A model generated the notes under the pieces. The model worked only from the letters and a program-made list of their open reading frames with translations. It was not told where the DNA came from and did no database searches. DNA of 63,274 bases, the filler included, from Octopus bimaculoides (taxonomy: Eukaryota), in assembly GCF_001194135.2 (NCBI RefSeq). It is 5 parts of 5 records of this genome, joined end to end, with 100 filler letters (N's around TTAATTAATTAA, not from the genome) between each part and the next. Parts side by side here need not be neighbours in the genome. Positions count along the whole stretch, not along the records: positions 23,390 to 50,398 come from NC_068997.1; 4 more parts are not named here. One strand, 5' to 3'. Position numbers and translations under genes: made by a program. Shown here piece by piece: positions 26,597-38,111 of the stretch. The stretch's first letter is position 1, and every line of letters starts with the position of its first letter.

Positions 26597-27932
26597 CACT
26601 GAACTGCAAAAGAAACGCGATTTTTTTCAAATGTCATTTTCATATGGTAAATTCTGAAAATTTATTCCAGGGATGTAAGTGTAAATATTCAAGACATACT
26701 GGTTTATGGCTGAGACCCAAATTGTAAGTAACCTTTCAACTTCCCTGAAAAAGACTCAAAACGCAACTGTGTTGAATGCCATGGGTGGCAGTCGCAAACA
26801 ACTGTCATGAAAACCAAAATGTACGTTTATCTTGTGGAGGTTATCAGTATGAAAATTAACTTGAAAAGTGTTCCTGACATTCACAATTTGGACACAAAAG
26901 ATATGGCCTGATTGTCAGCAACACAGAGAGAACAAGCTATTGGATGATTGCAAGCAGGGCAGCGTGCCCTGGTTGTTGCAAAAGCTTACAATGTCCATGT
27001 CAGCACCATCTATCACCTGCAGCAGTGATATAACACCAACAGCAGAATGCCCAGGTGGATGACAATGCCCAGGTAGGACCGCTTCATCCACCTGCAACAC
27101 CTCCATGATCACTTCAGACTGGCCAGCATGACAGCTCGCGAGACCATTAACACAAGACAGCGACAACACGGTACGACATCGACTGGCCGCCAACAACCTG
27201 CATTGCCGTCATCCTGTTTGAGGGCCTGTGACATTGGTGGCATCAACAATGGAGGTCAATAGTCTTCTCTGACAAGAGATGGTACTGTATTTCTACCTTG
27301 GATGGTAGAGTGAAGGTGTGGCATAGGATGGGTTAATTCTATAGAGATGCATTAGTCATGGAGAGAGATGTGTGGGTGGCCAAAGCATCATGGTTTGGGG
27401 TGCTATAAGCCTGAATCAGAGAATTGGACCCCATGTGTTCCAAAATGTTGCTGGCAGAGGGAATGACATCAGCCCATCACTATGTTGACCAGATCCTAAG
27501 ACCTCACATCATGCCATGTGTTCCAGCAGGGCAATGCTCCCTCCTACACAGCCAGGGACACCACGGACTTCCTGCATCAGCACATCAGAACCATGCCGTG
27601 GCCGGCTCTCAGCCTAGATTTGAACCTAATTGAACACCTGTGGGATGAAATCCAGAGACAGCTGAATGAGGTGGCAATCGCAAGGCCGACAACTCATGTG
27701 GAACTGGAAGCAGCTTTTCTCAGGGTGTGGGAACAGGTGCCAATGGCTTTTGTTAACTGCCTCATGCACTCCATGTACCAACAGTGTATGGCCATTTTGA
27801 ACACTTAGGGAGAGCATACACAGTACTGAACATGTCACACTTTATCAGATTTATCAAAATTTTTCTCTGACATAATGTAATTAAAACATATTTTACAGTC
27901 ACACACTCTCGCATTTCTTTTGCAGTTCAGTG
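26597..27932 (+). mobile_element. Tc1-family DNA transposon with both ends and a pseudogenised transposase (about 26912-27808)
   Basis: 24-bp TIRs CACTGAACTGCAAAAGAAA(C/T)GCGA (23/24 match) each flanked by TA; N-terminal HTH relic (LSATQREQAIG...VAKAYNVHVSTIY) and catalytic-end FQQGNAPSYTA...WPALSLDLNLIEHLWDEIQ; stops and frameshifts. Confidence 0.93.
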
Positions 27933-28912
27933 TATATATCTCACAGGTAAGGAGATTTATAACTTCATGTCATTACAGTACCTTCATTTAAAACAAGTGC
28001 TTCTGCTCTATAATTCACATCAGGATCCGTTTCGTTCATTCATGCCTTCTCTTGATTGATATGCTACCTCAAGACAACAAGATATTTCAAGTACCTGAGC
28101 ACCGAAGTCGTTCAGTGTTGTCGTACTGTATTGTGCCATGTTTGTTATTTATCCAAATTATTTTCTGGCTATTTTAAGCTCTATTACTTTATATTACTAT
28201 AAGTATTACTGGACAGAAGAAAGTTTATAGATTCACATTATATTGGAATTTGGGATCTAGTCTTTCTCATTCACAAAATAAGCTCCCCGCTAATTTTACT
28301 CAGATTGCTTTCAGTTTTGGTGTATTGATGCAACTCTGAATTTTGATTACGATCAACCAGTTATTTTATCTCATATATTAAAGAATCTGATGTTATTTGG
28401 AATTAAAGTTGGGAAATTTGGGTAATTTTAGCCAATCAACAGACAGTGCGGCATTAGCAGCTCATTACCATGACAACCACATGCTGTGTTGTGGTTCACT
28501 GTTGTCTGTGCCACTGTTATCTATGTTTGTTTTTCACACTTAATTCTTCATACCATGAGATTCTTTCCACCCAGGTGTTTTGCTTTAATTTTTCTGTGTT
28601 AGTATATTACATATTTTTCTGTGCTTCTGTGTATTAGTATTTTTCTGTGCTTTTTCTGTGTGTCAGTATTTTTACACATTTTTCATTTCATATATTTTTG
28701 GGACTCATTGACTCTATTCACACACTACAGAAGCCTAAATGTAAATCTGGAAGTATGCATAATACTACTACAGGATAGCACAGGGTGAAATCTGAAGGTG
28801 GACACTGTACTCTGCTATATTCTTAACAGAATATGACATAACTACACACACACATGCACACACCCACACACACACACACACACACACATATGTATTGACA
28901 GAGCCATTAGAG

Positions 28913-30325
28913 CAAAGAAACAGGCTTGGAAGGACTGGAAGGGCAGCAATAGTAAGAAGCTATATCAGGCAGCTAGAAGGGAAACTAGGAAGCAGGTATA
29001 CTTAGCCAGGGGTGAAGCAGAAAGGAAAAAGTTTGCCAATGTTCTGCAGCATGAGGACCAACAGCTTGAAATGTTTTGGTTTGCAAGACAGTGTGCCAGG
29101 AAAAATTGTGATGTTGTTGGAGAGAAGTGTATTTGCATGGATGATGGCTCACTCACAGTTAGTGACACTGCAAAGAAAGAGGCTTGGAAGTGCCACTATG
29201 AAAGCCACTAAATGTAGAGAAAACACGGGAGAAGGAGAGTCTGCCTAATATGAATCCAACAGAGAGACCAGCAATCTGAATAGACAGAAGCATGGTAGAC
29301 AAAGCCATGTTGAATATGAAGACGGGGAAAGCTGAGATGCTTAAAATACCTGGCAGTGTGGTCTATGGTCTAGTCGCTCATATAGTTAATCAGATTGTAC
29401 ATGAAGGAATCATACCCAATGACTGGTGTAGTAACACCATAGTCAACTGCTACAAAGGTAAAGGTGACATCTTAGACAAGAATAATTACAGGGATATCAA
29501 ATTGTTGGATCGGGTGATGAAAGTTACAGAGAGGGTCATAGCCCAACTAATTAGGAAGAAAGTTAGTCTAGATGAGATGCAGTTTGACTTTGTGCCTGAG
29601 AGAAGGACAATGCTATATTCTTGGTAAGGCAGCTTCAGAAGTATCTATCCAAAAGTAAACTGCTGTACTTAACTTTTGTTGACACAGAGAAAGTGTTTGA
29701 CAGGACTCTTGCTCCCTTATCTGATGGTCAATGCAGAAACTAGAGATAGATGAGTGGTTGGTGAGAGCTGTACAAGCCATGTACAGGGATGCTGTCAGTA
29801 AGGTGAGGGTCGGCAATAAATATAGCGATGAATTCAGAGTACAAGTAGGGGTTCATCAAGGATCAATCCTCAGCCCCATCTTATTCCTCATAATCCTCCC
29901 GGCAATAACAGAGGAATTGAAGACTGGCTGCTCCTGGGAGCTCTTCTATGCTAATGACCTTGTTCTTATAGCTGGTTCACCACCAGAACTAGAGAAGAAA
30001 TTCCAGATGTGGAAGCAAGGTCTATAATCAAAGGGCCTTAGAGCAAAAATTGAAGTCTTAGTAAATAGGAAAGTGGACAAATCACAAATCCCTTCAAGTA
30101 GATGGTTCTACTCAATATGTAGAAAAGGTGTAGGTAGAAATCCCATGATGTACTTGATGCAAGCTATGGACACATAAGAGGTGCAGTAATATCAGAGGAA
30201 GGTTAACAGGGAAAATAGTCTTTGTGTGTGGCAGATGCACAGGTACAATAAACACTAGAAATGTAAAGAAAATAGACTCTATCAAATACCAAGGAGGATA
30301 CCTAGAAGTAGTTAATAGCTTCCAT
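28913..30325 (+). mobile_element. Non-LTR retrotransposon (RTE-like) reverse-transcriptase fragment, degraded
   Basis: IPNDWCSNTIVNCYKGKGD...NYRDIKLL, VGVHQGSILSPILF and LFYANDLVL motifs; shorter copies at 31250-31690, 38170-38420, 38620-38775, 44830-45060(-) and 48960-49570(-). Confidence 0.9.
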
Positions 30326-30759
30326 TATCTATGGGCCTCAGGGATGTGATGACTAGTGACAGAGACCTTTGGCAATATGCTGTGCTTGAGAAGACTCATG
30401 AAGCCAAATGAAATCACAGTCATGGCCATTGCCAGTGTCATGTAAATAGCACCTGTGAAATTGTAATCATGACTGTGGCCTGATTTTCATAATGATCTGT
30501 GAATGTTGGACCTCATGGTGGCAAGGAACAAGGTAGTGAAGCATGATCTTTGAATGTTGAGCCTCACAGAGGTGATGATAAGTGACTGCAACTTTGGTGA
30601 TATACTGCATTTGAGAAAACTTATCAAGCCAAGTGAAACTCTAGTTATGACCATTGCCAGCGTCATGTAAATGGCACCCGTGAAATCATAGTCGTGGCCA
30701 TTACCAGTGTCATGTAAATGGCACTCATTGCACTCTCAAATTGGTTGGTGTTAGGAACA

Positions 30760-33700
30760 GACAGTGAAACATGGTGCTTCACTGTCCCAAATGCATGTTT
30801 CACTATGATTGCAAAGAAGTTGCCAAACAGGGTGGGGACAAGCACACAGCCCTGCTTCATACTGCCACGTATGTTGAATGCCTCCAAAAAAGAGTAATCC
30901 AATTGAACAATGCCTTTCATGTCCACATGATATGATTGGCCAGTCGTGAAGAGTCTTGGAGGACAGCCACAGCCAATCTTAACAAGAATTTTGAATAGGC
31001 CATCACTACTGACTAGGTCAGAAGCCTTTGTGAGGTCGATGAAGGTGATAAAGAGTGGTTGCCTTTGCTCACAGCACTTCTCCTGTAGCTGTCAAAGAGA
31101 GATCATATCAATAGTGGAGCATTCTGATCTGAAGCCACACTGAGATTTGGGATATACCCTCTCAGTGATTTTCTGTAGTCTGTTTAGTGTGACAATGTTG
31201 CAATCTCTCATGTCTTGTGGGACTAATCCTTCCTCCCAGTACTAACACAGTACAAGTAGGGGTTCATCAAGGATTAGTCCTCAGCCCCCTCTTATTTCTT
31301 TATTGCCCACAAGGGGCTAAACATAGAGGGGACAAACAAAGACAGACAAAGGGATTAAGTCGATTACATTTCCCCAGTGCGTAACTGGTACTTAATTTAT
31401 CAACCCCGAAAGGATGAAAGGCAAAGTTGACCTCGGCGGAATTTGAACTCAGAACATAGCAGCAGATGAAATACTGCTAAGCATTTCGCCCGGCATGCTA
31501 ACGTTTCTGCCAGCTCACCGCCTCTTGTTCATCATAATCCTCCAGGCAATAACAGAAGAATCGAAGACTGGCTGCTTCTGGGAGCTCTTCTAGCTGATTC
31601 ACCACCAGAACTAGAGAAGAATTTCCAGGTGTGGAAGTAAGGTCTGCAAGCTATGGACACATAAAAGGTGCTGCAATATCAGAGGAAGGTTAGCAGCAAG
31701 TGGCTAAGTAGAACTCTCCTTGCTCATGTGATTATCTCAGGTGGGATGCCTTCCAAACCTGGTGCTTTTCCAGTGGCTCTGCTCAGTTCTTCAGCAGTTG
31801 GCAGTGTGTCTGGCTTCTCCATGACAGGTAGGTGTTCTACAATGTCTAGTGCATTGTCTGAGATGTTTTCCTTGGCATCAAGTCCAGAATAATGTTCCAC
31901 CCATCTCTCCAGTTGCTCTTTTTTGCTCTTGATAACTTCCCCTGTTCTGGATTTGAGTGGAGTTATTTTGCTCTGAATTGGGCCAATTGTTTTCTTAATA
32001 CCCTCAAATATTCAACAGTTGAATATCTACATATAGTTGTAACCAGTAGCTATTTTCATACCATCTCACTGTCTTCTGCATGTTGTTCCTTGCTGATCTC
32101 AATGCTTGCAGCATTGCCCTGGTAGGTTGGTCTTTGTTCTTCAGCAGGGCAGCACATTTCTCCTCCATGGGGGTATTGAGTTTCTGCACATTCACCTCAA
32201 ACTGGTCTTGTGTCTTTTTCCTTACTCCTCCAAAAAGCCCTCAGTGCAGTGCTATGGATGATGTCCCCTCTTCTTCTGGGTCTGCAAGAAGGGTGTATTC
32301 CAGTGTCTTGGGGAATGCATCTATCTTAGTTGGCTGTTGGGTTGCAGTAGCATTGATGTGCTGCTTGCCTGGGGGCTTGGTTCAGTACATCATTTTTGGT
32401 TGGAGTTTGAGATTACAGCAAACCAGGGAGTGGTCTGTGTTGCAGTCAGTGCTCTGAATAGACCAAATCAGAAGGACATTCCTCAGGTGGTTATCTTGTG
32501 ATAATCAAATCTAGCTGATATCAGTGCCCTGAGCAAGAGTGATGCCAGGAGACCCTGTGTTTGGCTTTGGTCTGGAAGTAGGTGTTGGTGACACATTCCA
32601 TGGAGCATGCAGAGCTCAAGCAGCCATTGCCCATTTTCATTCATGTTGTCAACCCCATCCCGACCCAGATACCCTGGCCAAGAGTTGTGATCAACTCCCA
32701 CTCTGGCTTTGAAGTTACCAAGTAGCACCAGCTGTCCTCCATTTGGAATCACCTGCAATTGAAGTGAGAGTATCCACTCTGAACTGTCAATGTTGAGTTC
32801 TACCAACTTCAGCAGAAAGTTCTTCACAGCAAAGCTAACACAATGCTCTGTGACTTCATTTATCCCTTTCTCTTGCCAGAAAAAGGTATAGTCTCTTTCA
32901 CAAAGGGTCCTCAAATCTGGGAGCCTCATTTCCTGGAGTGCTGCAATGTCTACTCAGAGTCGTAACAGTTTGTTGTTGATCACTGCTGTCTTGCATGTGT
33001 TGCTGATCTTTTGAAGGTTCTCTAATAAACCAGTTGTCATGGTCCTTATGTTCCAACATCCGAGTATGAATTTCTTGTGTTGCTTGCTTGCTTGATTGTT
33101 TGTTCTTTTTTTTTTTGGTGCAATGTTTACAGTCCATGATTTGGGATGCTAGTTTTCCCAAGCCCCACATGCCAAGTGGACCAGGTGGGCTATGATGGGA
33201 CTGCACCTAACTAGCTGGGGGCTGCCCAGCTTGAGGCAGGTGGTAGCTGTCCAGTGAGGTATAATAGTTTCTCCCTCCATCAAAAGCAGCCCTGACACCT
33301 TGCTCTTATGCCAATTATGTGCAGGTTTAAAACCAGTAGACTGCTGCTTTCCGTGTTTTACCACTGCAGTTAAATGGCACTGGTGTGTCCTCTCCAGGGA
33401 CAGGACTGAGAAGTCTTTCATGGGAGATCAGTAGTTGCCCATGCAACACATCTCTCCTCTCCACCGCTACCAGTTTTACCCAAGGGAAGGGCAGGAGCCA
33501 ATATGACTTGGCACCAGTGGGGCCACAGGAGTTGCCAGAATGAGGTTGTCTACAGCATTGAACTCCAGCTCCTGATTTATCCTTGGGGTTCACTCCCGAT
33601 GTCTTTCCTTTAAATGGGTATTGCTGCATGGCAGCGGAGTTGTTATTATTGTTGCTGTCTTAAGCAGGTAAGGGCTTAATAAGCAGTTAGCTAGTAACAA

Positions 33701-33870
33701 GAGTTGCTTATTTGGATGGCTGTTGGCCCTTCAGCATTCATCCATTGACAGGTCTTGTATTTAATCTTGCAGGGTGACCAAATAGCAAGAAAAGCACCCT
33801 CCTCACAAAGCAAGCTGTGTGGGATTGCCAGTTTAGTGGCCGATGGCCTGGCACCTGTGAAAAGAAAGCA
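30760..33870 (-). mobile_element. Degraded RTE-clade LINE (5' UTR, APE endonuclease, partial RT) with nested insertions
   Basis: APE relic 32483-32929 (LLGNFKARVG...NMNENGQWLLELC), RT relic KQGCVLVPTLF near 30830-30860; interrupted by a + strand RT fragment that is itself interrupted by a SINE A at 31293-31523. Confidence 0.85.
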
Positions 33871-34993
33871 AAAGACAAAAAAAGGGTGATGTCCACGAGA
33901 AAGCAGTACAAAGAGGAAACACAATGGACTTTAACAGTAGTTTTAGTTGTAGAAGCTGTGAGGGTAGCATGGTAGTTAATGCTGCTTATTATTAGGGTTG
34001 TTATTTTATTTTGTCTTCAGTTGTTGTCTAAGTAAAAAAAAAACCTTGCGGCAAACAGCTATTTACATAAGCTGTTTGGTTTATTCATTGATAATTGGTG
34101 GTGGTGTGAATGGTTACAGGTAGAATGGAAGCAAGCTGGAAGATATAGGTATCTAGGTAGTGAATTAGAGAAAAAATGAAAACAGCATGTATTCTTCAAA
34201 AGAAAGTCATACCAAGATAGCAAGAACAAGCTTTCATCGTATATGCATATAACAATACATTGCTATGTTAGAAACAGAATCAATCTAGCAGAGAAAAAAA
34301 AAGACTAAGCTTATTGTTGAAAGTTTAAGGAAAGTGGGATGGTTACACCAGTATTAATTACTTTAACACCTACATTAATGGTATGGTAATATGTTAATTT
34401 ATTAGTGGGATGGTAATATCGACAAGATTTTTCATATATACCCTAGAGATGTCAGTTTTAGAAATCCTGACATGTACAAGAATATGAGCTTTGAAGACTT
34501 TCTTTTTTTTATTGCTTATTTGTATACTGATCATATTAATTATATTGGATATGTATATTCCATTCTGTGATTTCAGATAATAGTTCACTCTTGATAGATG
34601 AGATCTCAGTGTACTTAAGGTGAAATTAAACGGGATATAGATGGATATAACTAGTATATAGTCATTATATGGTTATTGATGAGGAACTATATGTTATTGG
34701 AAAATATAACAAGTACCCACAACTATATGCACAGACCATTACATACATCCACGTATACATTTTCAGTCATACATACACATACTTATGTACTCATACCAAT
34801 TTACCTATACACCCATATATGGATGTAGATATGGGTGTATAGATAAGCTGGTATGGCTGCATAATACAGCCATATATTGTTACACCTATGTCTACATATG
34901 CACATTAAGCATATTCTTAAATGTATATGGCTCTAAATTATATTTGATTTCCCCAATACAATTATTACCCATCTTATTAACTTTCTTTTGCAG

Positions 34994-35155
34994 ATTGTGG
35001 TAAATATCAGTTAGTTACAACTTCAGGTCATTTCTACTTTCACACTATCTACGATATTTATTATGACTGTATATGGGTTTTGGTATCTGAACCAAGGCAA
35101 AGTTTCTTCAGGCAAATTTACTTCAGTTTGTCTGTAAATGCTTCACTTCCCAAAG
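34994..35155 (+). CDS. Exon of a CUB-LDLa protein: N-terminal half of a CUB-like domain, (D)CGKYQLVTTSGHFYFHTIYDIYYDCIWVLVSEPRQSFFRQIYFSLSVNASLPK(G)
   Basis: Acceptor ctttcttttgcag|, donor AAAG|GTAAGT, 162 nt, phase 1-1, CG..TSG..F...DCIWVL CUB signature. Confidence 0.82.
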
Positions 35156-35497
35156 GTAAGTAAAATAAAACAACCAGCTAACCATTATCAGATAGCTGTT
35201 TCTTATTTTCACATCCTGTAGTTTGGTTATCTGTAATTAAAATAGGAGATTGCAGTTGATGGGGGCCATATTGGGGCACCACCTTGAAAGGTTTTTAGTT
35301 GTACAAATCGACCCCAAGATTTGTTTTAAAGCCTAGTGTTTATTCTATTGGTCTCTCTGCTGAACCACTAAGTTATGGGGACATAAATACACCAACACCA
35401 GTTGTCAAGTGGTGATGGTGGCACAAACATAGACACAAAGACACGCACATAGATACACACACACACACACACACACACATACATATACATATATATA

Positions 35498-35747
35498 TTG
35501 GGTTGGTGCATAATTATTGAGGCTTTTTTTCAACAAATTTATTCAACAAAAACAATAACAAGATGTAACAAAAACATCTTTAAATGATTATTCCTGAGCA
35601 TATTCACCATCTACTTCAGTTACTTCTTCCAATTTGCTTAGCAGATGGTCAGACCGTCATTTAAAGATGTTTTTGTTAAATATTGTTATTGTTTTTGTTG
35701 AATAAAATTTGCTGAAAAAAAGCCGCAATAATTATGCACCAACCCAA
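35498..35747. mobile_element. Mariner-derived MITE (250 bp) with roughly 90-bp TIRs and TA TSD
   Basis: Ends TTGGGTTGGTGCATAATTATTG(A/C)GGC, resembling Hsmar1/MADE1-type termini; non-coding interior. Confidence 0.9.
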
Positions 35748-35789
35748 TATATATATATATATGTATATGTATGTGTGTGTGTATCTATG

Positions 35790-36322
35790 TGTATCATGGT
35801 ATGATAACCACAAATACCAGAGCGTCATGTTCGTCGACTCTACCCCTAGAGGCGAACTGGCGTACCGCTTTAGAAGGGCCCTAGACAAACTTAAGNNNNN
35901 NNNNNGACTCTACCCCTAGAGGCGAACTGGCGTACCGCTTTAGAAGGGCCCTAGACAAACTTAAGCTAAGAATTAAGGTTGTTGAAAGGCCAGGCAACCC
36001 TATCAAATCCCTTATCAGTAGAACATACCCCTTTAGTAGAACCCCCTGCCCTGATAGGAACTGTACCGTATGTAGATTTAGCCCACAAACAAACTGTAAA
36101 ACCAGAAATGTGGTCTATAGTATAAAATGTACAGAGGGACAATGCAGTGACAAGACAATAACATATGTAGGCGAAACAGCAAGGAGCATAGGGGAGCGGG
36201 CAAATGAACATTGGAGGGAACTTAAGGAAGGGAAGAGCTCAAGGGAAGAAGTTACACACAAAATAGAAGATAAACCTAGCCTGAATAGGAAACTGGAATG
36301 GAACACTAACACACACCCCTAA
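35790..36322 (+). mobile_element. Penelope-like element C-terminal fragment with GIY-YIG endonuclease
   Basis: VMFVDSTPRGELAYRF...IKVVERPG...PCPDRNCTVC...NCKTRNVVYSIKC...YVGETARSIGERANEH; stop-free once the gap-associated 70-bp duplication is collapsed. Confidence 0.85.
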
Positions 36323-36698
36323 CAAACCACAAACCACAACATATGACAATACATTCCCCATAAACCAATAACAATATGAACAAAATATAATACAATACAA
36401 TACATAGATAAACAAATGGAATTAAATACTACATACGTTAACAAAATTAAATTAAATACAAAAAAAAAGTAGGTATAAACACATGAACAAATAAATAAAT
36501 AAATAAAAACAAAAACAAACGAACATGTATTAACAGAGGATATAGATAATACAGGCACTCCCCATACACACACATGCACTTACAAAAACATAGACACATT
36601 GAAGGATACGCATGCATAGACACATACAATAGGAATACAAAATACAAAATGGCTGATAGTTAGCAAGGTGAGACACACATAAGAAAGAAGAAAGCAAA

Positions 36699-36743
36699 GG
36701 ACCACTGATGAGGTCACAGAAGTGTGACGAAAGAACTTTGGCC
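36699..36743 (+). ncRNA. Minimal hammerhead motif 3' of the Penelope GIY-YIG fragment
   Basis: GGACCA-CUGAUGA-G-GUCACA-GAAG-UGUGAC-GAAA-GAACU-U-UGGCC; perfect 6-bp stem II; helix III AGAACU is one base from a palindrome. Confidence 0.65.
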
Positions 36744-38072
36744 GAAACAAGATTAATGTAATATAATGTAATATAAAGCTGAAGCAAATTAACACCAAAT
36801 ATACAGTGCGTGTGTTTTTATTGGCTAAACTGGCAATATGACCATCCCCAAGTACAACAATATATATATATATATATATAAAAATATTTTATCGGATGAA
36901 TGTATGTTCGTTCTTTAATTGGAAATTTTTCCTAAAATTTCTAATGTCTTTTCTTCATATTTTACTTTCGAATTTTTTAATAAAATTTGTACAAGTATGA
37001 AAGCTTGTATTGAAATAATCAGTTTATGACTTAACTTATTGAACAAAGTTCAACAAATTCATTCATATTTATGTAATGAAGGAGACTGAATGTTAAAATG
37101 GATTATAGTTTTTATTTTTCATATTGCTATACAATTGTTTCAAACAAATGGACTCAGATATTCATAAATAGAAAATTGTAATAGTCATACTTGTACTTCT
37201 CAGTAGTTAATAGAAAAACGAAAAAAAGACGTTTAAAGTACATAGGTTTTTTTCTGTGTTTCAAATTCATATTTAACTTTTACTCAACCGTCAATTCTCC
37301 TTCTGACTTAAGATTTTTAGTAAATTGGTGGTTAGCACTAGTATTTGGGAGTAATTTCTGGTTTATACATATTTCTAAAGCAGTGTGTAAGTCTATTTAT
37401 GTTTGTATATGTAAATCTATGTACACCTGTGTAAAATAATTATTTCATCTAAGAATATCCAGTTATATACATATTTTATGGATGGTAAAAGTCTCATAAA
37501 ATATAGCGATATCCAACCGGTTTTTGCTATTTAAATTAGCTTTTCAAGGGACATTGTGAAGTGATAATTCTTTTAGACAAGAAATCACGCCATTTTGGAT
37601 TTCTTTGAGAAGTAAAATTGAATGGAGAGAGTGGATAAAGAGAGGCAATATGTGGCAAGGGGGACAACTACCTCCTCAGCATTATTGAATATGATATGAG
37701 AGGTAATTTCTACAGGAAATGTGAAAAAATAATAATAATTGCAATTTTGAAAAATTGTGAAAAAGGAAATTGAAATTGAAATTGAAATGTACAAAAAGTC
37801 TCTTTCAGTTCATAATATATACTAGAGGTATGTGTTTATTCTTTTATTCTTTTACTTGTTTCAGTCATTTGACTGTGGCCATGCTGGAGTACTACCTTTA
37901 GTCGACCAAATCGACTCCAGGACTCATTATTTGTAAGCTTAGTACTTATTCTATTGGCCTCTTTTGCCAAACTGCTAAGATACTGGGACATAAACACACC
38001 AGCATCGGTTGTCAAGCAATGTTGGGGGGACAAACACAAACACACAAACCTATACACACACACACACACGCG

Positions 38073-38111
<39 letters not shown>

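Noticed and set aside
28138-28222. MFVIYPNYFLAILSSITLYYY as the signal-peptide exon of the CUB-LDLa gene
   Set aside because: Only a weak donor (A|GTTTAT) and hydrophobicity expected from T-rich DNA; unsupported without transcripts.
35836-35965. 70-bp tandem duplication in the Penelope fragment
   Set aside because: Identical copies on either side of a 10-N gap; typical unmerged contig overlap. The same likely applies to 41331-41671 vs 41691-42030.
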